A stretch of 44,131 nucleotides of DNA from a virus. Positions 1 to 8,738 of the stretch are shown one piece after another (the stretch's first letter is position 1; every line of letters starts with the position of its first letter). The stretch spans positions 1-44,131 of the IMG/VR virus record IMGVR_UViG_3300029818_000004, one strand, 5' to 3'. Below the pieces are notes generated by a model, which was not told the DNA's origin, did not search any database, and saw nothing but the letters and a program-made list of their open reading frames with translations. Both the position numbers and the translations under genes were made by a program.

Positions 1-127
1 CGCCGGAATGGCCGGGGTGAAGGTCAAGCGGTCGTTTCCGCCAACCAAGGCGACGCCTGTAACGGCGGCGAAGTGTTGCGTTCCATCCGGCTTCGTTATG
101 ACGATACGGCGAAAGCTTGGCGAAGGG
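1..127. repeat. Terminal direct repeat, copy 1 (identical to 44005..44131); the genome closes into a 44004-bp circle or is circularly permuted
   Basis: Seen directly: the first 127 nt (cgccggaatggccggggtgaagg...gaaagcttggcgaaggg) recur verbatim as the last 127 nt. A minus-strand ORF reads through the junction in frame. Confidence 0.95.
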
Positions 128-1047
128 TGATAATGTTCGCTGTATTCAGTCCCGGCAAGCGTGACTTGGTTTCCACCGCCCGCAACAGCGGTAAACACTT
201 GGAAGTCATCGCGCCATGTGGGCAGAAAGAACGGGTTGGTTGAACCCCGGCAATAATCGGCGAACGTTTGCCACCATGTCCAATCGGCGGGGTCGAAACC
301 GCGCGGCGATTTGAACGTAAGCGGAAACGCAAATTGCGAAGAAGCCCATGACGAACGAAGCGACGGCCAAGCGCCATAGTCGGTTATTTCAAGCCCGGTT
401 ACGACCGATTGACTAAATTCAGTTCCAACGGCGCGCTTATTTAAGACAGGGTATCCGCCAAACATTTGAAGCGTCGCTTTGGCGGCTTCTTCAATGAATG
501 GCGCTAAGAAACCGTCTTCAAAAAACGTAAAGCTTGCGCTTCCCGCATGATTGACAGGGCGACGAATAAACGACGAATTGTCGCTTGAATAGGCGACAAC
601 AAGCGGACAAATTGAAGCGCGGTTCGAAAACGCCTTGGCCAGCGGCGCTAACAAGGCCAAGTTATCAACGTTGACTTCGTCAATGGTAACGACTTCGAAA
701 ACATCGCCTTCGATGATTAAAGCGGACATGCCGGGGCGAAAGTCCGACCGGGCCGGATTGCAAATCAACGTAGTTGCGCCGATTGCAGCTTTCACCTTCA
801 GCTTGACGGCCATGTGAAACAAAGGCCAATTGAACGTCGCTTTGAACTTCGCGAACATTGTTGCGATATGACGGCGAATATCTTGTTCGCGGTCGAAGGC
901 GAAATTCCCCGACCAATTACGCTTCGGAACCGCGCCAAGTGAAACGCGCTGTTCGGTTCCATCATCGGCAACCATTACGTCGGTTTGCCAAATCCATTTT
1001 TCCGTAATGGGCGTTTCGGGCTGTTGAACAAGCAATTCATACGCCAT
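1..1047 (-). CDS. Minor tail protein (lambda gpM / DUF2460-like position), 5' portion; the gene wraps around the window ends (continues 44004->43882, 389 aa on the circular map)
   Basis: Own translation. The ATG at 1047..1045 overlaps the tape-measure TAA (TAATG). The frame stays open for all 349 codons down to base 1 (MAYELLVQQPETPITEKWIWQTDV...TFTPAIPA) and continues in frame to the TAA at 43882..43884. It is absent from the ORF track because it runs off the window. Function inferred from its position directly after the tape measure gene. Confidence 0.8.
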   Translation of the reverse strand, partial: MAYELLVQQPETPITEKWIWQTDVMVADDGTEQRVSLGAVPKRNWSGNFAFDREQDIRRHIATMFAKFKATFNWPLFHMAVKLKVKAAIGATTLICNPARSDFRPGMSALIIEGDVFEVVTIDEVNVDNLALLAPLAKAFSNRASICPLVVAYSSDNSSFIRRPVNHAGSASFTFFEDGFLAPFIEEAAKATLQMFGGYPVLNKRAVGTEFSQSVVTGLEITDYGAWPSLRSSWASSQFAFPLTFKSPRGFDPADWTWWQTFADYCRGSTNPFFLPTWRDDFQVFTAVAGGGNQVTLAGTEYSEHYHPSPSFRRIVITKPDGTQHFAAVTGVALVGGNDRLTFTPAIPA

Positions 1048-4000
1048 TAGCCAAGCCCTAAAATGCCCGCCGTGTCGGACTTACGACGGCGAATAATGTT
1101 CATAATCACTTCTTCGCCGTCTTCGCTGTCCATGGCGCTGATAAATTCGCGTTCGTCAAACATATTCACAATCTTTTGCTTGACTTCGACGGGTTGTCCG
1201 CCGCCGTTGTTCATCGCTTCCCGCTGTTGTGCGGGCGTCTGAATTGTGACCCGTTCGCCGCGCGATACGTTCATGTTGATGTTGTTGTTATCAATCCCGG
1301 CTTTGCCTTGAACCATGAAGTCGCCGCCGGTCGCGAAGTTGCCCACATTGGTTGACATGATACCGGCGACTTGAACGCCCGTCTGAAGGGCGACCGCCCC
1401 GGCCAAGGCGAAGTTCCAAGGCGGGGGCGCGCTGGCCAACGCCTTTTGAACGGCAACGTATCCGTCAATCGTCGCCTGTGCGACGGCGGCGGCTTTGCCA
1501 ATCGCGGCAAGTTCCTTGTTGCCCGACGACGTAAGGCTTGCCAGTTGGCCGAAGAAGGTTGACGCGCCTTGCAAGCGCATTTCGCTGAAGCGCGCTTGAA
1601 GTTCGTATTTGGCTTGTTCATACTGTTGCGTTGACAAAACGTCGTTGTCGCGAAGGCGCTGAAGTTCGGCGTAATAGTTGCTTTCGTTTGCAAGCATGTT
1701 CTGCCGTTCAAGCAACGGGTCAACGATACTGGCGACCGTGCTTTGAATTGCCTGTTGTTCGCGAAGCGCGGCGTTGCGGGCAATCAAGCCTTGCACTTCT
1801 TCCGAAAGCATTTTGACGCGAAGGGCGTCGCCTTCGTAACCTTGTTCGACAAGTGCTTGGCGCACGGTTTCAAGATAGTTGTTAGCTTCGATTGCGTCGC
1901 CATACAGGCCAAGCGCACGTTCGCCCGCTGCCAATTCTTCCTTGAAGTTAAACAGCGGGTCGGTTGCCTGTGCCATCGCCCGACCGGCGCGCGTAATTTG
2001 TTCGGCGTATTGTTCGGCATTGATAACGCCGCGCGCCAACAAGTCGTTCGCCGCCGATTGAACGGCGTTATACGTCCGCATGGGCGCTTGAACTTCTTCG
2101 GTGATACGGTCAAGTTCCGACTGAACATACTTGTATTCGGTGATTGCTTCAATCTTTTCGCGGAACACCGCAAGTTGCGCTTGGTCAAGCGGCATACGGC
2201 GACGAATAAATTCTTGTTCGATTTGGTCAAGACGCTGTTGAACTTCGCGTTCGTCCTTCAACATACGCATACGCGCAAGTTCGTTGTCAAGCGCGTTGGT
2301 CGTTTCGTTGATATAGTCGATTTGCGTCTTGGCTTCCTGCCCGTCGCGCCGGTTGCGGGCGGCACGACCCGGCGAACGGTCGTCAAGGATTTCTTGGGCG
2401 GCGTTGCCGATACGGTCGCGCGCCGCCGTGCGGGCGTTGGCGTCCCAACGCTGCCCGAACGCCGTCAAAGTGCGGTCGGCTTCCCGAACCGCCCCGGTTA
2501 CTTCAGCCGCGATAATGTCGGCGGCGTCCGCCCCTGTGCGGGCGAAGCGTCCGAATGAAACATGCCCCATTTGTTCAATTTCAATGCCGAAGAAGCCCAA
2601 GACTTCGCTTGCCCCGGCGACGACGAAGTTAATTCCGTCGATAACCTTGTTGGTCATAAATTCAATTGCCGACAAGGTTACGTTGGCAATCGCCTTCGCC
2701 GTTTCGGCGGCGACGGTTGGAAGGTTGCCGATAATCTTCGCAATGCCGCGCATACCGCCGACAACCAAGCCGTAAAAGCCGACGAACGCCTTATACAGAA
2801 AGTCAACTGTGAAGTCCCAAGCTTCGCCGACGAAGTTCGTTACGCTGTCCCATTCATCGCTAAAGCCCGCCAAACCTTCCTTCACGGTCGCCCAAAAGCC
2901 CTTCCACATATCGCCCATGGTTACGGTAATGCCGCCGCTGTCTTCTTCAAGGCGCTTCAGTTCGTCGCGGGTCAAGCCAAGCGTATCGACAAAGGCTTTC
3001 AATTCGGGTTCGGCTTCGTCCTTAATCGCTTTATGGAACGAACGAAATTCAACCGCCAAAACGCCAACAATGGCCGCGACCGCTGCGAACGGCGCGAACA
3101 TACGAAGCGTCGCCATCGCCAGCGTTTTGAAGCCGCCTTCAACCCGCATGGACAAATCTTGAAGCTGCGAACCCTGTTGTATCATCACAATGAACGGGTT
3201 CTGTCCGCTGGCCAGCGAAACGCCAATGTCGTTAATCTGTGCGACCAAGTTCGCTTGATGATGACCGGCAAGCTTCGAAGCGTTGCCAGCTTTCAACGTC
3301 GAAGACGCTAAAGCGTCCATTCCCTTCGCGCCCTGTTGTGCGCCGCGCGGCGAAAACCAATGGTGCAAAGCGTCCCTTGTGCTGTCATAAGCGTTCAACG
3401 TCGCCGCTTTAATACGTCCGAAGCGCGATACGGTCGCGGTTTCAAACGCCGCCCCCGCCGCGTCGGCGCGTTGGGTTGCCTGTGTTACTTGGTCAAGACC
3501 GCTACGCATGGCTTCGGTTTGCGCCGCCGCCGTCGCCCGCGAACCGGCCATGCCGCCAAGTGCGCCCGGCGCGGCTTGACGTATGCCCGAACTAGCAACC
3601 GACCGTTCGACCATGGCTTTGATACGCGCTTGGGCGGCGGCTTCCCTGTCTAGCGCGGCGGTGTGTTCCCTTGCCGCCCTTGTCGCTTGTTCCTTGACCG
3701 CGTTCGCCCTGTCCTGTGCCGCCTGTGCCGCCTGTGTGGCGCGAAGGGACGCGCTGGCAGCGGTTGCGGTCGCTTGCATGGCGCGGGCCTGTGCGGCTTC
3801 GGTGCGGGCGGTTTCGGTCGCCAGCCGTTGCTTTTGAAGCGCCGCCTTCGCGTCTTCCATCGCACTACGCGCCGTAGCGGTCGCAAGCCGGGCTTGGGCG
3901 TTCATTTGGGCAGCAAGGGCGCGGGTCGTGCTGTTCGAAGCGGCTTGCAGCTTGACCAAGGCCGAAGTATTCATTGAACCAAGTTCGGCCTTCAGGCGTT

Positions 4001-4109
4001 CAACAAAAGTGTGGGCAGAACCCGCCGCGTCGCCGATTTCGCGAAGCTTCTTTTCAACGTTGGCCGAAACCTTGTCGGTTACTTCAACGTCAATCCGTTC
4101 GTCTGCCAT
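1047..4109 (-). CDS. Tail tape measure protein (about 1020 aa)
   Basis: Track ORF 1047..4157. The N-terminal third is Ala/Gln/Arg-rich coiled coil, followed by central hydrophobic segments and an IVMIQQGSQLQD-type motif. It lies just after the G/G-T chaperones. The likely start is ATG 4109 (MADERIDVEV), one base after the TGA of the upstream gene. The TTG at 4157 is created by a copy of the TGTGGGCA octamer. Confidence 0.85.
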   Translation of the reverse strand: MADERIDVEVTDKVSANVEKKLREIGDAAGSAHTFVERLKAELGSMNTSALVKLQAASNSTTRALAAQMNAQARLATATARSAMEDAKAALQKQRLATETARTEAAQARAMQATATAASASLRATQAAQAAQDRANAVKEQATRAAREHTAALDREAAAQARIKAMVERSVASSGIRQAAPGALGGMAGSRATAAAQTEAMRSGLDQVTQATQRADAAGAAFETATVSRFGRIKAATLNAYDSTRDALHHWFSPRGAQQGAKGMDALASSTLKAGNASKLAGHHQANLVAQINDIGVSLASGQNPFIVMIQQGSQLQDLSMRVEGGFKTLAMATLRMFAPFAAVAAIVGVLAVEFRSFHKAIKDEAEPELKAFVDTLGLTRDELKRLEEDSGGITVTMGDMWKGFWATVKEGLAGFSDEWDSVTNFVGEAWDFTVDFLYKAFVGFYGLVVGGMRGIAKIIGNLPTVAAETAKAIANVTLSAIEFMTNKVIDGINFVVAGASEVLGFFGIEIEQMGHVSFGRFARTGADAADIIAAEVTGAVREADRTLTAFGQRWDANARTAARDRIGNAAQEILDDRSPGRAARNRRDGQEAKTQIDYINETTNALDNELARMRMLKDEREVQQRLDQIEQEFIRRRMPLDQAQLAVFREKIEAITEYKYVQSELDRITEEVQAPMRTYNAVQSAANDLLARGVINAEQYAEQITRAGRAMAQATDPLFNFKEELAAGERALGLYGDAIEANNYLETVRQALVEQGYEGDALRVKMLSEEVQGLIARNAALREQQAIQSTVASIVDPLLERQNMLANESNYYAELQRLRDNDVLSTQQYEQAKYELQARFSEMRLQGASTFFGQLASLTSSGNKELAAIGKAAAVAQATIDGYVAVQKALASAPPPWNFALAGAVALQTGVQVAGIMSTNVGNFATGGDFMVQGKAGIDNNNINMNVSRGERVTIQTPAQQREAMNNGGGQPVEVKQKIVNMFDEREFISAMDSEDGEEVIMNIIRRRKSDTAGILGLG

Positions 4110-4110
4110 G

Positions 4111-4545
4111 TCACGACCAATCGTATTTGAAGTTCGTAAGTGAAGCCCTGCCCACAATAACCGAAGCTTTTACGAACCCGCCGGGGTGTTGGGTCGAAGA
4201 CCCTTCGTCTAGTCGCCTGATATACGGCAGCAAGTTCGAAAGGTAAATGGGTTCGCCGGGTTTTGCCGTCGCGATTATTTCCATGGCTTCAGCCAAGGCT
4301 TTACCGGCACTTACGGATTGCGTCGAACCCGCTTGACCAAGCACATACGCCCGAACGGGGAAGACGACTAGCGCCCCGGCGGACGCTTGCCAGTTCGACA
4401 AAGCTTGCGAAGTATCGACCGGCGTAATGTTCACTAGGTAGCGAACAATTTCGGTCGCAACGTGTTTCTTAGCTTCGTTGCCAGCGTCCGCCGCCTTGGA
4501 CGCCTTTTCATACATGCGTTTTTGCAACGTTGCTAAGTTACCCAT
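4111..4545 (-). CDS. HK97 gp10-like neck/tail-completion family protein (144 aa)
   Basis: ITPVDTSQALSNW and IYLSNLLPYIRRLDEGSSTQHPGGFV resemble the aPvdTG.Lr.s and pYa..vE.G motifs of the HK97 gp10 family. Tightly packed between the chaperones and the tape measure. Confidence 0.5.
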   Translation of the reverse strand: MGNLATLQKRMYEKASKAADAGNEAKKHVATEIVRYLVNITPVDTSQALSNWQASAGALVVFPVRAYVLGQAGSTQSVSAGKALAEAMEIIATAKPGEPIYLSNLLPYIRRLDEGSSTQHPGGFVKASVIVGRASLTNFKYDWS

Positions 4546-4894
4546 TGCGACCCTTCCTTGGCGGCTTTGGCGGCTTCGGCGGCGGATACTTCTTCTTATG
4601 CCATTCGAAAAATTCCGCGTCCATCTTCCGAACGTAAAACCAAAGGTCTAGCGTCTGTGTCCAAGTCAACGCATAGTCATACGCATATTCGAACACGTCC
4701 GAACGCTTGATACGTTGATACGACGAACGTTCGCGTTCACCGTCCAATTCGAACCATGCGTTGAAGAACAACGCTAGACCCGGTTTCAATACCGGCTTGT
4801 TCTTGACCCTTTCGGGCAGTTCTTCGCCGAATTTCCGCTTGTCTTCATAATAGGACCGTTCGACTTCCGGCGGAAAGTCCAACGTATAAAGCAA
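4538..4894 (-). CDS. Tail assembly chaperone, -1 frameshift extension (gpT-like part of a G-T fusion)
   Basis: This frame is open from the A_AAA_AAC slippery site at the end of the upstream chaperone ORF (reads ..AAA AAA CTA ATC GCC GTC TTG..). There is no ATG and no Shine-Dalgarno of its own. The position between major tail and tape measure genes is the conserved G/G-T arrangement. Confidence 0.7.
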   Translation of the reverse strand: MLYTLDFPPEVERSYYEDKRKFGEELPERVKNKPVLKPGLALFFNAWFELDGERERSSYQRIKRSDVFEYAYDYALTWTQTLDLWFYVRKMDAEFFEWHKKKYPPPKPPKPPRKGRNG

Positions 4895-4902
4895 GACGGC
4901 GA

Positions 4903-5349
4903 TTAGTTTTTTGCCGCTTTGTCCTTCGCAGCTTCACGGAAGTTCGACGCCTTCTTTGCCCGGCCTTCCCAATCGTCGTAAACGTCGGGATACTTTTCGA
5001 ACAACGCCAAGGCGTTTTCGCGGTTGTATTCCATGACCTTGTCGGCGTCTTTTTCGTCGCCGGTCAAATCGGAAAGCGGAACGTTTTCGATGCCGTGAAG
5101 GATTTCGTCAACGAACAGTTCGCGAACCAACTTGCGGGCAAGCATTTCGTCCATTGCGTCCGCCTGAATAGCGGTCATGTGCGGGTCGAACTTTTCGGTG
5201 AACGCTTGCTGATAGCGTTGATTGTTGCGCGACATGCGCGACACAACAATTGCCATGGGCTTGCCGTTGTGTTCGTTCATACCGACTTCAAGGCGAACGC
5301 CGGTCGTTTCTTTATTGGCGTCGGTTGCGTAAATCTTGCGAAGTGACAT
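4903..5349 (-). CDS. Tail assembly chaperone (gpG-like, 148 aa)
   Basis: Track ORF 4903..5469. The likely start is ATG 5349 (MSLRKIYATD) behind AAGGAC. The longer version would run through the terminator hairpin that follows the major tail gene. It ends at the slippery site. Confidence 0.7.
   Translation of the reverse strand: MSLRKIYATDANKETTGVRLEVGMNEHNGKPMAIVVSRMSRNNQRYQQAFTEKFDPHMTAIQADAMDEMLARKLVRELFVDEILHGIENVPLSDLTGDEKDADKVMEYNRENALALFEKYPDVYDDWEGRAKKASNFREAAKDKAAKN
4906..4912 (-). other. Programmed -1 ribosomal frameshift slippery heptamer A_AAA_AAC
   Basis: The minus strand reads GCG GCA AAA AAC TAA in the zero frame. After a -1 slip the frame continues AAA AAA CTA ATC GCC GTC TTG into ORF 4538..4894. 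Confidence 0.65.
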
Positions 5350-5367
5350 TTGGACGGTCCTTGCTGT

Positions 5368-5399
5368 TAAAGGAAAAGGCGGGACTTGCGCCCCGCCTT
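5368..5399 (-). terminator. Intrinsic terminator after the major tail protein gene
   Basis: Minus strand AAGGCGGG-GCGCAAGT-CCCGCCTT followed by TTCCTTTA. An 8-bp GC stem plus a T-rich tail, lying between stop 5427 and the next start 5349. Confidence 0.6.
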
Positions 5400-5426
5400 C
5401 CTGATTAGCCGAAGTTCGACCTAGCT

Positions 5427-6965
5427 TCAACCCGTCGCGTTCAAGTAAGACGGGATATAGGGCAACCAATTGACCAACAGCGTATGCCCGAACGGGCTTT
5501 CGGCGGCGGCGTTGGTAATGGGCAGCATAATGGCTTGGTCTTGTTCGACTTCAGGGCGACCGCCCCCGGTGCCGACAAGGGGCAAGTCCATGATGAACGC
5601 GACGTTCCGCTTGGAATAAATCGCGTCAAAGGTCACGTCGGCGTCGTTGTCGATTGCGTCGCCCGCCGCATGGTCGCGGAAATACGTCGTAAATTCGGCG
5701 TCAACTTCGAACATGCCTTCGGTCGTGTCGAACGCACCGTAAACGCCCTGTGCCTTGTCGGGCGACACGTTGTTGGTAATGGTCATTGACCATTCGGTGA
5801 CTTTGCCGAACAACGGCGTCGGGTTCAACGTCGTCGGGTCAACAATCGACATGCGCGCCCGGTAAAGGTTGCGCGAAGTGTTCCAACCGTCTTCGCCCGG
5901 CGCTGGCGAAAGGGTCGTTGTTCCCGACCCGGCCAAAAGACCTTCGGAACCGGGGCGACGCGCCTTGGTCATGCAAACGTAAGCAACGTCAACGTTCACA
6001 AGGTTGGCCAGCGGGCTATTCCAAGTGATTTCGTTCGGCGTCGCCCCGAACATGACTTCGGACATACGACCGTCGGCGTCGCGGCCAAGCGGGCGTTCGA
6101 TGGTATCGGTAAGCTTCACGATATTGTCGGGGTCGTCTTCGTTGCGAATGACGTTGCCGAAGAAAATCCGAAGCGTGTCGCCGCCACCGTCGTTGTTGGC
6201 CGGGGTGAACGTCGATTTGTCGAACGTAATCGTGTCGTCGCCCGCCGACGTAAGGCCGTCAACTGCGATACGGGCAAAGCCGGAAAGCGTCTGAAGCCCG
6301 CCCATGCGCGAAGTCGCTTCGTCGCCGCCAATGGCAACCCATTCGCCGGGGATAAGTCCGAACGTCGTCATGTCGAACGCGGCGCTGATAAGGCGGAACC
6401 CGCCGGTCGAAAGCGCCATGGAAACGTCGTCGGCGTCAAATTCAAATCCGACGACTTCGGCGGTTGCGTTTGCGCCCGCTTCGGTGCTGTTAATGTCGGC
6501 AATCGTGAAGTGCGTTCCGTCGGCGGCGGCGGTTACGCGCTTCAAGCCATTGTCGGCGGCGTCGGCAAGTCCTTTGATAAGGACAAGCGTTCCGTCAACA
6601 AAGCCGGTGCTGTCATCAACGGTAAAGACGCCGGTTCCGCTGTCCGCCGCCGAAATGGCAGCGACCGGCTTCGACCGAATGGCGGCGAACATGAAGCCGT
6701 CGAACACCGATTGCATGTTGCTTGCGGTGAAGTCTTCGTTCCAACCGGCGGCAACGTCCAAATCGACGCTTGAACCCTTGCGACGCTGGCGCGTCTGCGA
6801 AAACGGACGACGGGCAACCATGGTCAGTTCGCCGCCGAAATCGCTGAAGCTGTTCGGTTCGCGGGTTTCGAAAGCCGCCGTTGCGGAAATCGTCTGAATT
6901 GTTTCTTCGCGCGCCTTGAAGATGGTCGCTTGATTGGCGGACTGTTTTTCGGGGGCTAGTGCCAT
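5427..6965 (-). CDS. Major tail (tube) protein, 512 aa
   Basis: Large ORF immediately upstream of the G/G-T chaperone pair (conserved synteny). Followed by its own terminator, as expected for a highly expressed structural gene. Confidence 0.6.
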   Translation of the reverse strand: MALAPEKQSANQATIFKAREETIQTISATAAFETREPNSFSDFGGELTMVARRPFSQTRQRRKGSSVDLDVAAGWNEDFTASNMQSVFDGFMFAAIRSKPVAAISAADSGTGVFTVDDSTGFVDGTLVLIKGLADAADNGLKRVTAAADGTHFTIADINSTEAGANATAEVVGFEFDADDVSMALSTGGFRLISAAFDMTTFGLIPGEWVAIGGDEATSRMGGLQTLSGFARIAVDGLTSAGDDTITFDKSTFTPANNDGGGDTLRIFFGNVIRNEDDPDNIVKLTDTIERPLGRDADGRMSEVMFGATPNEITWNSPLANLVNVDVAYVCMTKARRPGSEGLLAGSGTTTLSPAPGEDGWNTSRNLYRARMSIVDPTTLNPTPLFGKVTEWSMTITNNVSPDKAQGVYGAFDTTEGMFEVDAEFTTYFRDHAAGDAIDNDADVTFDAIYSKRNVAFIMDLPLVGTGGGRPEVEQDQAIMLPITNAAAESPFGHTLLVNWLPYIPSYLNATG

Positions 6966-6968
6966 GGC

Positions 6969-7451
6969 TTAGTTCCTTTCGTCATATTGAAATTCAACGC
7001 TTACGTTCCAACGCCAAAACGAAGCTTCGGAAGTCACTTCCTTGGCGGTGCTATCGCGGAACCAAACGCCCGAAATGGTTTCGACGTTGCGGTATATACG
7101 GGCAATTCGCCCGGCCAGCAAGTCGCCAATGTTATAGCTGTTGACGACGTTACGGGGCGCGAAGACTTGAATAATCAGTTGGCCGTTCGTCTGCCAACAA
7201 GCGGGCGAACCGTCGGGTTCATCGGTCATCATGTGGGCAGATTGGCGCGACAACAGCACTTGCGAAAGCGCCCGCGTCCAAAACTTGCCGCCCATGGTCT
7301 TGTATGCTTCGGACACTTCGTCGGGCGTTTCAATTCCCTGCCAACGCATTGAAAGCGCGGCCAACGCCGGGTCAAGCGCCTTCAGCGTCGCGACTTCGTC
7401 CAACAACAGTTGAAACATTTCGTCGCGCGCTTGTGAACGTGTCGCAACCAT
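6969..7451 (-). CDS. Neck / tail terminator-like protein (position-based)
   Basis: 160-aa ORF. Its ATG overlaps the upstream stop (TAATG). Located between the head-tail joining genes and the major tail gene. Confidence 0.4.
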   Translation of the reverse strand: MVATRSQARDEMFQLLLDEVATLKALDPALAALSMRWQGIETPDEVSEAYKTMGGKFWTRALSQVLLSRQSAHMMTDEPDGSPACWQTNGQLIIQVFAPRNVVNSYNIGDLLAGRIARIYRNVETISGVWFRDSTAKEVTSEASFWRWNVSVEFQYDERN

Positions 7452-7837
7452 TACCGTTCAACCCATAGTTTCCAAAAGATGATTTGCCCGTTCGGTGCAA
7501 GCGGGGTCATCTTCACAATTTCAACAATGCGGTCGGTGCTGTCCGTCAACGTGTCCGACGTAGCGGGGTTGAAATCGACGGCGGACATAAGCCCGTATTC
7601 GCTGGCAATGTTTACGTCGGTATCGCCCAACATGGCGATGACGGCGGCAATGGATTGGTCGCCCCCGTTTGGAAAGAAGGCGACTTTGACCGGAACCGGG
7701 TCGGGCGGTTCAACTGAAGTGCCAACCCAAGGCTTTTCGGCGTCGTCCTTTTCGCCGGGCTTTTGCCAAAGACAGGCTTCGCCGTAGCGTTCGATTAACC
7801 GCCGCGCCGTTTCAACTTGGCGGTCGAACACGCCCAT
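7451..7837 (-). CDS. Head-tail joining protein (position-based)
   Basis: Track ORF 7451..7876. The likely start is ATG 7837 (MGVFDRQVETARRL), overlapping the upstream TAA. The ATG at 7876 is supplied by a copy of the TGTGGGCA octamer. Confidence 0.4.
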   Translation of the reverse strand: MGVFDRQVETARRLIERYGEACLWQKPGEKDDAEKPWVGTSVEPPDPVPVKVAFFPNGGDQSIAAVIAMLGDTDVNIASEYGLMSAVDFNPATSDTLTDSTDRIVEIVKMTPLAPNGQIIFWKLWVER

Positions 7838-8334
7838 TATACGCGCAACGTGCGAATACGCGCGCCATGCCCACATTCATAGGGGCGAAGGGCGGCGGAA
7901 ATGGCGGGCAGCGTCGGCGCGTCGTATGCCATCGCGGTTTCGTATTCGGTTTCGATTGGACCGACCTTTTCGCGCTTGACCGACGAAGACGAAGCCGAAA
8001 CGTTCGGGGTCAAGTCAACGCCGGAATGAATGGCAAGCGCCGCGTCAAGTTGGGCGCGCTTGATTGGCAGCGGAACCGCGTCGTTGGGAAATTCCAACGC
8101 CCCGTAATAGTTTTCGACATTACGCGGGAACGGCAAGGCTTGCGTCGCGACCGTCGGATTGCCGCGAAAGCACTTGGTTAGAATAAAGTCCATGGCCTTG
8201 ACCAAGTCAACGTCGCTGGCGTCGGCGTCCGCAATCGTAACGCCGCGCGCCGCCGCATAGGCGATGTATTCGGCGCGCGAAACGAACGACGCGGCGTCCG
8301 CTTTGCCTGTGCCGTCTTCAACAATCAAGGCCAT
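7837..8334 (-). CDS. Head-tail adaptor-like protein (gp6 / DnaT_2-like N-terminus)
   Basis: MALIVEDGTGKADAASFVSRAEYIAYAAARG resembles the lvvEDGtG..nAnSYvs.aeAdaY start typical of this adaptor family. Gene order is head genes, then this gene, then neck genes. Confidence 0.45.
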   Translation of the reverse strand: MALIVEDGTGKADAASFVSRAEYIAYAAARGVTIADADASDVDLVKAMDFILTKCFRGNPTVATQALPFPRNVENYYGALEFPNDAVPLPIKRAQLDAALAIHSGVDLTPNVSASSSSVKREKVGPIETEYETAMAYDAPTLPAISAALRPYECGHGARIRTLRV

Positions 8335-8346
8335 GGAACGCCCCCG

Positions 8347-8727
8347 TTATGGTGCGGTGTAAGTGAACGTTGCAACGCCGTCTTCGATTGCAACAGCAAT
8401 CGTTCCGCCGCCGACCGCGTCCAATTCCGCGCCGTCCGAAATGATGACTTGCGTTTGGCCGTCAACAATCGCGCCGGGGATAACGTCGGGGTCGATTGCG
8501 TCAATCGCGGCGTAAAAGTCGTTCACGTCGCTTTCGGCAGCGCCCGGCAAAGTCCCCGCGACAAAGTCGGCGGTTTCGTAACGACCTTCGCCGTATTGCG
8601 GAATGGCGACGTTCGAACGAATTGCCAGTTCATACGGCGCGATGGTCGCCGCTTCAAGCTTCGCAATGTCCGCCGCTTCTTCGACCGTCGGCGCGTTGCC
8701 CGCAATGAAATAGATAACTTTGGTCAT
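8347..8727 (-). CDS. Small head-associated protein, paralogue B (126 aa; possible decoration protein)
   Basis: Shares an N-terminal domain with the adjacent gene (KVIYFIAGNAPTVEE...ADFVAGTLP versus KTLYFVNGFAPSEEQ...FDYVAGEVP). Located just downstream of the capsid gene. Confidence 0.45.
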   Translation of the reverse strand: MTKVIYFIAGNAPTVEEAADIAKLEAATIAPYELAIRSNVAIPQYGEGRYETADFVAGTLPGAAESDVNDFYAAIDAIDPDVIPGAIVDGQTQVIISDGAELDAVGGGTIAVAIEDGVATFTYTAP

Positions 8728-8738
8728 GGTTCAATTTC

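Noticed and set aside
1-127. Interpreting the 127-bp end identity as a biological direct terminal repeat
   Set aside because: The junction falls in the middle of a gene that reads through in frame. A length of 127 is characteristic of an assembler k-mer overlap. This cannot be fully excluded without read-end analysis.
96-916. Track ORFs 96..377 (-), 635..817 (+) and 680..916 (-) near the window start
   Set aside because: They are Arg/Ser/Pro-rich and lack an RBS. They lie inside or antisense to the uninterrupted 349-codon frame of the junction-spanning tail gene, which explains the whole interval.
4149-7876. The upstream start codons of track ORFs 1047..4157 (TTG TGG GCA) and 7451..7876 (ATG TGG GCA)
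   Set aside because: Both start codons are supplied by copies of the TGTGGGCA octamer. They would create long overlaps with the preceding genes, whereas downstream ATGs coupled to the upstream stops fit better.
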